Shown here piece by piece: positions 36,049-48,555 of a stretch of DNA of 64,000 nucleotides (positions within the stretch are counted from its first letter, which is position 1; the number at the start of each line of letters is the position of its first letter). This DNA comes from Macrostomum lignano (lineage: Eukaryota): contig NIVC01000630.1 in NCBI GenBank assembly GCA_002269645.1, positions 62,001 through 126,000 on the forward strand, given 5' to 3'. The notes beneath the pieces are model-generated. The model searched no databases. It saw nothing but the letters and a program-made list of their open reading frames with translations, and had not been told where the DNA came from. Both the position numbers and the translations under genes were made by a program.

Positions 36049-37866
36049 ATGGCCCCACCAAGCTTTGGCGATCTTGGCAAGGATGCCTCGGACCTGTTTA
36101 GCCGGGACTACACATTTGGGTCTGTCAAAGCGGAGATCAAGTCCAAGACTTCAACCGGTGTAGAACTGAAAACCACCGGCAATCACGATATGGAAACTGG
36201 CCGTGCCGCCGGCGACCTGGAGACTAAATACGTGTTCAAAGACTACGGAATCACATTCACTGAGAAGTGGAAGACTAGCAATGTTGTAACCGCCGAGGTG
36301 GCCATCGAGGACAAGCTAGTGAAGGGTCTGAAGAATTCTCTCGAGGCCAATTTCGAGCCTAATACTGGCAAGAAGAGCGCCAAGGTGAAGAATGGATTCA
36401 AATCTTCCAACGCTAATCTAGGCTTGGACCTGGAGTTCAAATCTAACTTGCCAACCCTGGTTGGTAGCGGCGTGTTCGGCTATCAGAACTTCTTCGGCGG
36501 CGTCAATGTCGGCTACGACACGGAGCGACAGAAGCTTACTAAGCTTAACTATGGCGTCGCCTATAAGCTTAAGGATTTCTGTCTCTATGCTGGAGTTGAG
36601 AATGGCACCAACTTTTCTGGTTCTGTCTACCAGAAACTGTCGGAATCGTTGGAGACTGGCGTTAAACTCGGCTGGTCGTCTAGCAGTCACGCTACGGATT
36701 TTGGCGTGGCCACCAAGTATAAGCTAGAGGGCGATAGCTTCTTCAAGTTCAAGGTTCGATTTGGTTTAGATTTCTAGGGAAGGGATCTGAGAGACTTGGA
36801 AGGGTTAGAGCTTGCGAAATCTGGGAGATAGACTGGGGGCTTTAGGGGTATAGACTGATGGCTTCAGGGAATTGGCTAAGGGCTTCAGTAGGGTAGATTA
36901 GGGACTTAAAGGGATATAATGGGGGCTTCAGGGGGATAGACTAATGGCTTCAGGAAGATAGATTGGGGGGTTCAGGAAGATAGATTTGGGGCTTCAGGAA
37001 GATAGATTGGGGGCTTCAGGGAGATAGATTTGGGGCTTCAGGGGATAGATTGGGTGGGGGTTCAGGGAGATAGATTGGGGGGTTCAGGAAGATAGATTGG
37101 GGGCTTCAGAAAGATAGATTGGGGGGCTTCAGGGAGATAGATTGGGGGCTTCAGGGAGATAGATTGGGGGCTTCAGGGAGATAGATTGGGGGCTTCAGGG
37201 AGATAGATTGGGGGGTTCAGGAAGATAGATTTGGGGCTTCAGGAAGATAGATTGGGGGCTTCAAGGAGATAGATTGGGGGCTTCAGGGGATAGATTGGGT
37301 GGGGGGTTCAGGGAGATAGATTGGGGCTTCAGGAAGATAGATTGGGGGCTTCAGGGAGATAGATTGGGGGCTTCAGGGGATAGATTGGGTGGGGGGTTCA
37401 GGGGGATAGATTGGGTGGGGGTTCAGGGAGATAGATTGGGGGGTTCAGGAAGATAGATTGGGGGGTTCAGGAAGATAGATTGGGGGGTTCAGGAAGATAG
37501 ATTGGGGGCTTCAGGGAGATAGATTGGGGGGTTCAGGAAGATAGATTGGGGAATTCAGGGAGATAAACACCTGGGTCCATAGCCGTACTGGGTGATTTAA
37601 AAAGATGTTATTAGAGAACTGTGGAGTGTTATGTTGGATGCAGCTTGCGATAGTCTGAGAACCGCTTCCCTACAAAAGCCTAAGAAGCGGAGCCTATATG
37701 CTACCCCGCATGCACCCCACAGGTTGACAACAACAGCATGATTGGTTCGGCCTACAGCTTCAAGGTTAACGACGGCGTTCGCGTCACTCTGTGCGGCAAC
37801 TTTGACGGCAAGAACATCAACGGCGGCGGCCACCGTCTTGGTCTGGCGCTCAGCTTCGATTCTTAA
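36049..37866 (+). CDS. VDAC: Voltage-dependent anion channel (mitochondrial porin), 2 exons, 282 aa
   Basis: Exons 36049-36753 and 37723-37866 (AAG|GTTCGA...CACAG|GTTGAC). MAPPSFGDLGKDASDLF...ETKY...FTEKW...KVDNNSMIG...DGKNINGGGHRLGLALSFDS*; AATAAA at 37971. Confidence 0.96.
36830..37565. repeat. 22-23-bp G-rich minisatellite GGGGGCTTCAGGGAGATAGATT in the VDAC intron
   Basis: Visible tandem array. Confidence 0.95.
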
Positions 37867-38659
37867 TTAATATTAATAATAATCCATAAAGTTTCTTTGG
37901 TCTGAGAACTACTCAATTAGCAAGAAATGAAAACAGAAATTAATTTAAATCGAAATTGGCGCCCTTACTTAATAAACAAAACTGGATTAACAAAGTAAAA
38001 CAAAAGTACGCGTGTGCAAGTTAACCCTCTCATACTAGCTTATGTTTAGTTTTCTAACTTAGTAAGTTATATAAAAATCCCTTTTACTCTTCGTACGCAT
38101 CTTATGTTCTGTTATTTTCCTAGATTATTATATATTCCTATCTAACATCTTATTGCTGCACATTTAGCCTCATTATTTACTACTATAGTAAGTTAAATGC
38201 AAAGTAATAAGTAGTATAATTAACCGATTTTTTACTAGGGGATTTATTCTTTACACTCTACTGTGTCTCGCTGCATCTCGTACTGATCTTTAGGCTCCCA
38301 TTTTTTGTCTGTTCATTTTAACCCTACGTAATACTTAATAGCTTACTATAAAGTGTAGCGGGAAAGGTAATTGCCATGCTTGGGTCGTAGCAACTGATAA
38401 CAAGCTTTTTATTGGCGAATTAAAATATTTGGAAACAGTATAAACACCTCTTTGCTATTGGCCGAAGTATAAATTAACACCAAGAGAACCGTAACTGTTT
38501 TCAGTTTTCAGTTTGAGTTATTTTATTTTATTTACTATATCACGTTTGAGCATAGGTTGTATGTGTTATAGTAGTCTAAGCAGTGTTGCTTTAGAAATAA
38601 CTGACCTGCCTGTATGGACTTATGTGGCCACCATTGTCTGTCTTTTGATTGATGCTTCC

Positions 38660-39145
38660 GTCTGTCTGTCTTAGTGTCTCTGTATCTGTCTTTCTTTCTG
38701 TCTGTCTGTCTGTCTGTCTGTCTGTTTTTCTGTCTGTCTGTCTGTCTGTTTTTCTGTCTGTCTGTCTGTCTATGTGTCTGTCTGTCTGTCTGTCTGTTTT
38801 TCTGTCTGTCCGTCTGTCTGCCTGCCTGTCTGTCTGCCTGCCTGTCTGTCTGTCTGTCTGTCTTAGTGTCCTAGTGTCTGTCTGTCTTAGTGTCCTAGTA
38901 TCTGTCTGTCTGTCTTAGTGTCCTAGTGTCTGTCTGTCTGTCTTAGTGTCCTAGTGTCTGTCTGTCTGTCTTAGTGTCCTAGTGTCTGTCTGTCTGTCTG
39001 TCTTAGTGTCCTAGTGTCTGTCTGTCTTAGTGTCCTAGTATCTGTCTGTCTGTCTTAGTGTCCTAGTGTCTGTCTGTCTGTCTTAGTGTCCTAGTGTCTG
39101 TCTGTCTGTCTGTCCTAGTGTCTGTCTGTCTGTCCTAGTGTCCTA
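38660..39145. repeat. (CTGT)n microsatellite with CTTAGTGTCCTAGTGT interruptions
   Basis: Visible array upstream of SCLT1. Confidence 0.95.
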
Positions 39146-39268
39146 CTGGTGTCATCGGGCACCAGTTTGTGTGACTATATGCGCTCGTAATTAAGTTTAC
39201 AATCAGTCCCAAAGCCGCGCATTCAGCAGTGCATTCATCACAAACTCATTTTAAAAACACTTTTCTGC

Positions 39269-42200
39269 ATGGCTGAACGAGGCGGTGGCGCCGGAGCCGC
39301 AACGGAGCAGCAGCTCCACGATGAGATTCGCCGATTAAATGCCGCGCTGGCCAGGCGCCAAAATATGGAACAGATGGCCGACTATTTCGAATCGTTGGAC
39401 GGCGATAGCCAGCTGCTGTTGCGCAAGCACCGGCAAGTCATGCCGCCGCTGTTGACCGAATACGACGCCCTACTGGCTGAGTACGAACGCGAACGGTCTA
39501 AAGTTGTTGAACTGCGGCGGGCATTGGAAGAGCTAACGGCTGATGGACAGGTGCTAGCTGACAGATCCGAGGTTGAGGAGAATCTGCATGCTCAACTAGC
39601 TCAGGCTCTGCTAGAGAAGGAGCAGAGCCAGCAGTTGTACAGGTGAGTGTAGGGTCATTGTGTAATGACCTAATTGATAATATGGGTTTATGACCTCATT
39701 AACAACATAAGTCTATGACCTCGTTAGAATTTGGGTCTATGGCCTCATTGACCTCATTGATCTCGTTGATCATTGGCCCCATTGATAATTGACTATTGAC
39801 TTCATTGATCATTGACCTCATTGACTTCATTGATCATTGACCAGATGGCTTCATTGATCATTGACCTTATTGACTTCATTGATCATTGACCTCATTGACT
39901 TCATTGATCATTGACCAGATGGCTTCATTGATCATTGACCTTATTGACTTCATTGATCATTGACCTTATTGACTTCATTGATCATTGACCAGATGGCTTC
40001 ATTGATCATTGACCTCATTGATCATTGACTATTGGCTTCATTGATCATTGACCTCATTGACTTCATTGATCATTGACCAGATGGCTTCATTGATCATTGA
40101 CCTCATTGACCTCATTGACCTCATCTCTATGACTTCATTAAAAATCGCCTCATGAACTCCAAACTCTTCCCAACTGTGCCTCTCAGGCTGGCCTCAGCCG
40201 AGCTCGAACGCCTCGCGGACGAGGTGGCAGCCTTGCGCAACGGCACCGGCCTGGAGCGAGCTGTCGAGTCTCACGCCGCTGTTGTTGGCGAACTCGAAGC
40301 CGAAGTTGCCAGGCTGCGCTCCGAACTGGCTGCCAGTCGGGATGAAGCTGCTCAGGTGAAATGTTTTTATTCAGTAGTGACTCTAGCGACTCTGGGGCGG
40401 CTCTTGTGACACATTTTAACGACTCAAAACGACTGCAACGTGACGGAGAGGCGACTGTTGGGTCACGAATGCATCACGTGAGCTGCAGAATCGTAACTGT
40501 CGTGAAAAAGTCGTCTAAAAGCCGTGTGTTAGCGCTTAACTTCCTACTAACTCAAGTAGACTAAATAAAGTTGTTATAGAAGCGAAATGCGATTCTAATT
40601 CATTAAGTGACGCAGATGCGCTTTACTCGTAGACGCAACTCAGTGATTCTACAGCGACTCTGGCATGCCTTAGAGATACGACTCTTGGGCGACTCTTTGA
40701 CGACATTTTTGAGACCGTGAAATCTCGTCGTTTAGAGCCGTTCTAGAGTCGTCTAGAGTTACTTCTTTCTTATTTTACCTGTGTTACCTGCAGCGACTAT
40801 GGGACGCCTCTTGGCCTAGGTCATATCTAGACCAAGACGTCTGTCTCTCGTGCCGAAGATCACGGACTCGATTCCGCGCGTGGAAATTCCGTGGAAATTC
40901 CATGGAAATTCCATTAGCAGAAATCTAGGGCTTGTGGACAAAAAACGATTTGATTAGAGGGAATTCCATGAGGGATAATTAGTAAAGCACAGAGTGTGCA
41001 TGCCAGACGTTTAGAAGGTCTGGACCGCTGAAATGAGGATGTAATGGAGTTGATAGGCAATAAAAAATAATCTTTTTTCACCACTTATTCGCAATTGCAG
41101 GCCAGTCGAACCTGCCGTCAGCTTCGCGAACAGCTTGCCGAATCTGCCAGCGCGGCTACAAACGGTGCTGTCGGCGGCGGAGAGATTCGTCGACTCCGCG
41201 AATCGCTAGCGGACGCCGAGCAGCGCCTGGCGGCTGCCCAGGAGCGGGCCGGCGCTGAGAGGCGCTCGCTGGAGACTCGCGTGCTGGAGCTGCAGGAGCG
41301 GCTGCAGGAGGCCGAAGAGGCTGCCGCTCAGGCGGCTGAGCAAGTAGGGGCACTCGTCGGCTGGCTCCGCGTGTTCTGTTTGAGCCTGTCCACCTGTCTG
41401 TGTGTGCCTGTCCCAATCTGACCGCCTGTCTGTGTCTGCCTGTCTCAGTCTGTCCGCCTGTCTGTATGTGTCTGTCCCAGTCTGACCGCCTGTCTGTATG
41501 TGTCTGTCTCAGTCTGTCCACCTGTCTGTGTGCCTGTCTCAGTCTGACCGCCTGTCTGATGTGTCTGTCTCAGTCTGTCCGCCTGTCTGTGTGTGCCTGT
41601 CTCAGTCTGTCCGCCTGTCTGTATGTCTCTGTCTCAGTCTGTCCGCCTGTCTGTGTGTGTCTGTCTCAATCTGTCCACCTGTCTGTATGTGCCTGTCTCA
41701 GTCTGTCCGCTTGTCTGTATGTCTCTGTCTCAGTCTGTCCGCCTGTCTGTGTGTGTCTGTCCCAGTCTGTCCACCTGTGTGTGTCTGTCTCAGTCTGACC
41801 GCCTGTCTGTATGTCTCTGTCTCAGTCTGTCCGCCTGTCTGTGTGTGTCTGTCCGAGTCTGTGTCTGTCTGAGTGTCTTATACTGTCTGTCTGTCTTAGT
41901 GTCTGTCCGTCTGTCTCTGTCTATATAGTGGAGAAAGTGCAGAAAGTCCTTATCTATATAGTTTGTATCGCACGCCACTAATCAGGTTCGAGACGCTGTT
42001 TCAACAGCCGAGGCCGCTGTACACGAGAAATCCGAAGTGGTCACTGAGTTAGCCTCAACCAGAGCCGAATGCGAGCGATTGCAGGTAAAATAGTTAGTAA
42101 TAATATTCTGGACTAGTTAATTAGTGCTATGCGCTATTTATAGACGACGTTTCCTGACAGACTGCACCTTCAAGCTCTGAGATCTCCAGAATTCCTTTCT

Positions 42201-44592
42201 TTAAATGCCCAAAACTTCTTTTGGGAGGTTTCTTAGCTGATGTTCAGGCTTCTCATAGGATCGTTAGTCTTCCTCAAGATTTGCATAAGATCCCCCAGCT
42301 TGCCATGAGACCCTCAAGATTCCCATAAGATCTTTCAGCTTGCCATAGGATCCTCAAGCCCAATAAGATCCTCAAGCCCAATAAGATCCTCAAGATTCCC
42401 ATAAGATCCTCAAGCCCAATAAGGTCCTCAAGCCCAATAAGATCCTCAAGCCCAATAAGATCCTCAAGCATCCCATAAGATCCTCAAGCCCAATAAGATC
42501 CTCAAGCATCCCATAAGATCCTCAAGCCCAATAAGATCCTTAAGATTCCCATAAGATCCTCAAGATTCCCATAAGATCCCCAAGCTTCCCATAAGATCCT
42601 CAAGCCCAATAAATATACTCAAGATTCCCATAGGATCCTTAAGCCCAATAATATCCTCAAGCTTTCCATAAGATCCTCAAGCCCAATAATATACTCAAGA
42701 TTCCCATAGGATCCTCCAGCTTGCCATGAGACCCTCAAGCTTCCCATAAGATCCTCAAGCCCAATAAGGTCTTCAAGCTTCCCATAATATCCTCAAGCCC
42801 AATAAGGTCTTCAAGCTTCCCATAAGATCCTCAAGCCCAATAAGGTCTTCAAGCTTCCCATAATATCCTCAAGCCCAATAAGGTCTTCAAGCTTCCCATA
42901 AGATCCTCAAGCCCAATGAGATCCTCAAGATTCCCATAAGATCATCCAGCTTGCCATAAGATCCTCAAGCTTCCCATAGGATCCTCAAGCCCAATAAGAT
43001 CCTCAAGCTACCTATAAAATCCTCGAGCTTTTGTTTCAAATTTTAACAATTAACAACTCAATTAGACGACTTAAAACTACTTAGCATGGCAGTAGTGTAT
43101 AATGCGCCATACAAAATTTGTTAAACCAGGCCGCGCTAAACCAGCTAGTAGACGATGCCGGAGCTCGCACTCGCGAAGAGGTGTCCGCAGTTCGTCAGGA
43201 GGCCAACTCTCGCATCGAATCCCTCACTGAGCAGCTCAGCCAGGCCGAGACCGCCGCCGCTGAAGCTCGCGCGTCGACTGAACGCGCAGTGAAAGAGAAA
43301 CGCTTAGCCGAAGCGGAACTGGACAGACAGGCGCGCGACAATTTGCTGCGCTCGAAGGAGGACGCCTCGGCTAGGGAGGATCTTCAGCGTCGATTGCTAA
43401 GCGCTGAACGGGAACGAGACGCCTGCCAGCTTCGATTAGACGGCCTGGCTCAGGAGCGCCGACGCGAAGAGCTGGCCTGGCGCAGCGAGCGGTCCCAGCT
43501 GGCTACGGATCTGACCAGCGCCAAGGAGCACACGGCTAGCGTTGCCGCCTCGCTTGAACGGTGCACTGCTGAGCGGGACTCGGCTATGGCCAGGGCTGAG
43601 GAGGCTGAGAATAAGTAAGTCGATGTCGTGTTTTAGCGATTGTTTTTTTAATCGATGCAATAGGTGGAATGTCTAGCGACATATTTACCGACATAATAAG
43701 CGACTTGATTAGCGACACAGTTACCGACTTATTAAGCGACTTGATTAACGACACATTTACCGACATAATAAGTGACTTGATTAGCGACACATTTACCGAC
43801 ATAATAAGTGACTTGATTAGCGACACATTTACCGACATATTGAGCGACTTGATTAACGACACATTTACCGACATATTGAGCGACTAGATTAGCGACACAT
43901 TTACTGACATATTGAGCGACTTGTTTAGCGACACATTCACTGACATATTGAGCGACTTGTTTAGCGACACATTCACTGACATATTGAGCGACTTGGTTAG
44001 CGACACATTTACCGACATATTGAGCAACACGTTGACTATTTTAATACTCGTATTTGAACAGAAAAAGTACATCAGGTACTTCAATCCCAATCCAATCGCC
44101 AGATGCAACGCAGCCAAACGCGATTGCGCAGCAGCCGAGCGTCGCTTAAAAGCGGAACTTCAACAAGCCGAGCACGACTGGCAGATGCGATTCAACCAGC
44201 TGGAGATTCGCCGCACAGCCGAGGCGGACACCAGCCGCCAGACAGTCAGCGGAATTCGCAACCTCTTAGCTGGTCAGCAGCGGCTTGCCCAGCGTTGGAA
44301 AGACGAAGCTCACGGCCTCGCGGAGAAGCTCGAACGGGCGCTCGACGAGCGACGTGTCGAGTCCGAGCGGCTTAACAGGCGGGCGGAGGAGCTGGCCGGG
44401 GCGCTTCGGCACAGCCAGCGGCAGCTGCAGGAAACGGAGGCGGCTCTGCGCGAGAGGGACCGGGCGGCCAAGCGGCTGGAGGAGCGGCTGCAGGTGTCGG
44501 CTGCGGCTGCTGGCCAGCGGCGGCAACGGCGCGCTGGAGGCGGTGGCGGCGACCTGCCGCAGTCACCGCCTGCGGCTGTGGTGGCCGAGTAA
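39269..44592 (+). CDS. SCLT1: Sodium channel and clathrin linker 1 (centriolar distal-appendage coiled-coil protein), 6 exons, ~619 aa
   Basis: Exons 39269-39642, 40187-40355, 41101-41343, 41986-42084, 43130-43614, 44103-44592 join in frame (1860 nt). Motifs MPPLLTEYD, LVDDAGARTREEV and RNLLAGQQRLAQRWKDE parallel SCLT1 as recalled (LAPLVTEYD, FVQDATIRTKKEV, RHLLATQQKAANRWKEE). Confidence 0.82.
39735..40135. repeat. TTCATTGATCATTGACC-type minisatellite, SCLT1 intron 1
   Basis: Visible tandem array. Confidence 0.92.
41390..41925. repeat. CTGTCTCAGTCTGTCCGCCTGTCTGTGTGT-type minisatellite, SCLT1 intron 3
   Basis: Visible tandem array. Confidence 0.92.
42290..43015. repeat. 17-18-bp CCCA(A)TAAGATCCTCAAG minisatellite, SCLT1 intron 4
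   Basis: Visible tandem array. Confidence 0.92.
43672..44030. repeat. 36-bp minisatellite AGCGACTTGATTAGCGACACATTTACCGACATATTG, SCLT1 intron 5
   Basis: Visible tandem array built from three related 12-bp subunits. Confidence 0.93.
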
Positions 44593-44671
44593 TATGGCTG
44601 CGACGGTATTAACTTTAGTTCTGTATTTGGCTTAAAGATCTAACTTTAAACTGTATATGCTGGCCAGCCAC

Positions 44672-45977
44672 ACAGATCCTCAGTTGCTGAGCCAGCTTCC
44701 CAGATCCTCAGTTGCTGAGCCAGCCTCCCAGATCCTTAGTTGCAAGGCCAGCCTCCCAGATCCTTAGTTGCTGGGCCAGCCTCCCAGATCCTCAGTTGCT
44801 GTGCCAGCCTCCCAGATCCTTAGTTGCTGGGCCAGCCTCCCAGATCCTCAGTTGCTGTGCCAGCCTCCCAGATCCTTAGTTGCTGGGCCAGCTTCCCAGA
44901 TCCTCAGTTGCTGATCCAGCCTCCCAGATCCTCAGTTGCAGGGCCAGCCTCCCAGATCCTCAGTTGCAGGGCCAGCCTCCCAGAGTGTCAGTTGCTGGGC
45001 CAGCCTCCCAGATCCTCAGTTGCTGGGCCAGCCTCCCAGATCCTCAGTTGCTGGGCCAGCCTCCCAGATCCTCAGTTGCTGGGCCAGCCTCCCAGATCCT
45101 CAGTTGCTGTGCCAGCCTCCCAGATCCTTAGTTGCTGGGCCAGCCTCCCAGATCCTCAGTTGCTGTGCCAGCCTCCCAGATCCTTAGTTGCTGGGCCAGC
45201 TTCCCAGATCCTCAGTTGCTGATCCAGCCTCCCAGATCCTCAGTTGCAGGGCCAGCCTCCCAGATCCTCAGTTGCAGGGCCAGCCTCCCAGAGTGTCAGT
45301 TGCTGGCCAGCCTCCCAGATCCTCAGTTGCTGGGCCAGCCTCCCAGATCCTCAGTTGCTGGGCCAGCCTCCCAGATCCTCAGTTGCTGGGCCAGCCTCCC
45401 AGATCCTCAGTTGCTGTGCCAGCCTCCCAGATCCTTAGTTGCTGGGCCAGCCTCCCAGATCCTCAGTTGCTGTGCCAGCCTCCCAGATCCTTAGTTGCTG
45501 GGCCAGCTTCCCAGATCCTCAGTTGCTGATCCAGCCTCCCAGATCCTCAGTTGCAGGGCCAGCCTCCCAGATCCTCAGTTGCAGGGCCAGCCTCCCAGAG
45601 TGTCAGTTGCTGGGCCAGCCTCCCAGATCCTCAGTTGCTGGGCCAGCTTCCCAGATCCTCAGTTGCTGGGCCAGCCTCCCAGATCCTTAGTTGCTGGGCC
45701 AGCTTCCCAGATCCTCAGTTGCTGATCCAGCCTCCCAGATCCTCAGTTGCTGGGCCAGCCTCCCAGATCCTTAGTTGCTGGGCCAGCCTCCAAGATCCTT
45801 AGTTGCTGGGCCAGCCTCCCAGATCCTCAGTTGCAGGGCCAGCCTCCCAGAGTGTCAGTTGCTGTGCCAGCCTCCCAGATCCTCAGTTGCTGGGCCAGCC
45901 TCCCAGCCTCCCAGATCCTCAGTTGCTGGGCCAGCCTCCCAGCCTCCCAGATCCTCAGTTGCTGGGCCAGCCTCCCA
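44672..45977 (+). repeat. 28-bp minisatellite family, copy 2, downstream of the SCLT1 stop
   Basis: CCAGATCCTCAGTTGCTGGGCCAGCCTC units. Confidence 0.96.
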
Positions 45978-46664
45978 GAAGTCTTTTTCCGAGGTGTTTA
46001 ACAAATTACTTCATTTAAACACAGTTTTACAGAACTGCGACTCTAACAAGTATATTCTTCAGCAGCCAGTTGTTGCTCAGGTCAAATGCAGGTCTATTTT
46101 GACGTCTTTGCTGCCTAACAAGCAGCTTTCAATTAGACAAAAATGCGGACTTTACTCTTAAGAGCCTGCATATTGGTCACCGTTTCGATTCACTTTACTG
46201 CAATTTTCCGTCCGAACATTCCATAATTTCTTCTTTTGTTCCTTTTCCAGAGGAAGAAGCGGCTAAAATATATCTTTATCAAAAAATGATTTTCGTAAGT
46301 CGTATTAAAACTAACTTTATTGCTATGCGCGTTTTTGTGTATAATGTACATTCGAACAAAGACTAATTGCTTTAAAACTAAGGTGTATTTTTTGTTCGGC
46401 AGGTTCCGATCTTAAACTTCTCTCTACTGTGTTAATTTAGCTAGCCAAATCACTTTTTTTATAGTGGAATCATTTCTACATTTTAGGTTATAACTTTATC
46501 ATTGAAATTTTCTATAGGTATAATTGTAGCGCTATCAGTTGTAAATGCGTACTTTTAAAATAACAAAATTAAATTATTTATACCAAATTGTTTGAATCTA
46601 TTTATTTCTTTGTACACAGGTTGAATAGTTTAGAGATATTCCATAGCTTTTAGACACTATTCTC

Positions 46665-48395
46665 TATTCTATCCTCTCATTTTCTATTTTCGCTTCTCGT
46701 CTCCCCTCATCTGTCTTCCATTTTCTCCACCTTCTCCGCTCTATTCTCTCCCGTCTTCTCTCTCTAATCTCTATTCTCTCCCGTCTTCTCTCTCTCATCT
46801 CTATTCTCTCCCGTCTTCTCACTCTCATCTCTATTCTCTCCCGTCTTCTCACTCTCATCTCTATTCTCTCCCGTCTTCTCTCTCTAATCTCTATTCTCTC
46901 CCGTCTTCTCTCTCATCTCTATTCTCTCCCGTCTTCTCTCTCTCATCTCTATTCTCTCTCGTCTTCTCACTCTCATCTCTATTCTCTCCCGTCTTCTCAC
47001 TCTCATCTCTATTCTCTCCCGTCTTCTCACTCTCATCTCTATTCTCTCCCGTCTTCTCACTCTCATCTCTATTCTCTCTCGTCTTCTCACTCTCATCTCT
47101 ATTCTCTCCCGTCTTCTCACTCTCATCTCTATTCTCTCCCGTCTTCTCTCTCTAATCTCTATTCTCTCCCGTCTTCTCACTCTCATCTCCATTCTCTCCC
47201 GTCTTCTCTCTCTAATCTCTATTCTCTCCCGTCTTCTCACTCTCATCTCTATTCTCTCCCGTCTTCTCTCTCTAATCTCTATTCTCTCCCGTCTTCTCAC
47301 TCTCATCTCTATTCTCTCCCGTCTTCTCACTCTCATCTCTATTCTCTCCCGTCTTCTCTCTCTAATCTCTATTCTCTCCCGTCTTCTCACTCTCATCTCC
47401 ATTCTCTCCCGTCTTCTCTCTCTAATCTCTATTCTCTCCCGTCTTCTCACTCTCATCTCTATTCTCTCCCGTCTTCTCTCTCTAATCTCTATTCTCTCCC
47501 GTCTTCTCACTCTCATCTCTATTCTCTCCCGTCTTCTCACTCTCATCTCTATTCTCTCCCGTCTTCTCTCTCTAATCTATATTCTCTCCCGTCTTCTCTC
47601 TCTCATCTCTATTCTCTCCCGTCTTCTCACTCTCATCTCTATTCTCTCCCGTCTTCTCTCTCATCTCTATTCTCTCCCGTCTTCTCACTCTCATCTCTAT
47701 TCTCTCCCGTCTTCTCACTCTCATCTCTATTCTCTCCCGTCTTCTCACTCTCATCTCTATTCTCTCCCGTCTTCTCACTCTCATCTCTATTCTCTCCCGT
47801 CTTCTCTCTCTAATCTCTATTCTCTCCCGTCTTCTCTCTCATCTCTATTCTCTCCCGTCTTCTCTCTCTAATCTCTATTCTCTCCCGTCTTCTCACTCTC
47901 ATCTCTATTCTCTCCCGTCTTCTCACTCTCATCTCTATTCTCTCCCGTCTTCTCACTCTCATCTCTATTCTCTCTCGTCTTCTCACTCTCATCTCTATTC
48001 TCTCCCGTCTTCTCACTCTCATCTCTATTCTCTCCCGTCTTCTCACTCTCATCTCTATTCTCTCCCGTCTTCTCTCTCTAATCTCTATTCTCTCCCGTCT
48101 TCTCTCCCTCTCATCTCTATTCTCTCCCGTCTTCTCACTCTCATCTCTATTCTCTCCCGTCTTCTCTCTCTAATCTCTATTCTCTCCCGTCTTCTCTCTC
48201 TCTCATCTCTATTCTCTCCCGTCTTCTCTCTCTAATCTCTATTCTCTCCCGTCTTCTCACTCTCATCTCTATTCTCTCCCGTCTTCTCTCTCTCTCATCT
48301 CTATTCTCTCCCGTCTCTCATCTCTCTTCTCACCCGTCTTCTCTCTCTCTCTCTCTCATCTCTATTCTCTCCTTTCCTCTTATCTATTCTTACTT
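46665..48395. repeat. 30-bp pyrimidine minisatellite TCTCATCTCTATTCTCTCCCGTCTTCTCAC upstream of POLR3A
   Basis: Visible tandem array, ~1.7 kb. Confidence 0.96.
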
Positions 48396-48555
48396 ACTAG
48401 GAGGTAAGTTGGATTTAACTGACCTAACTATTAGCACTATTTGCGATTTTACCTCTTTCAGACAGCACCGTCTTCGCATTCAGTCATTAGTATGCCTCTT
48501 GATTAGTTTTGTAGTGTTAAAAACCGTTTATTAATTCAACGACTGCTGAAGAAAA

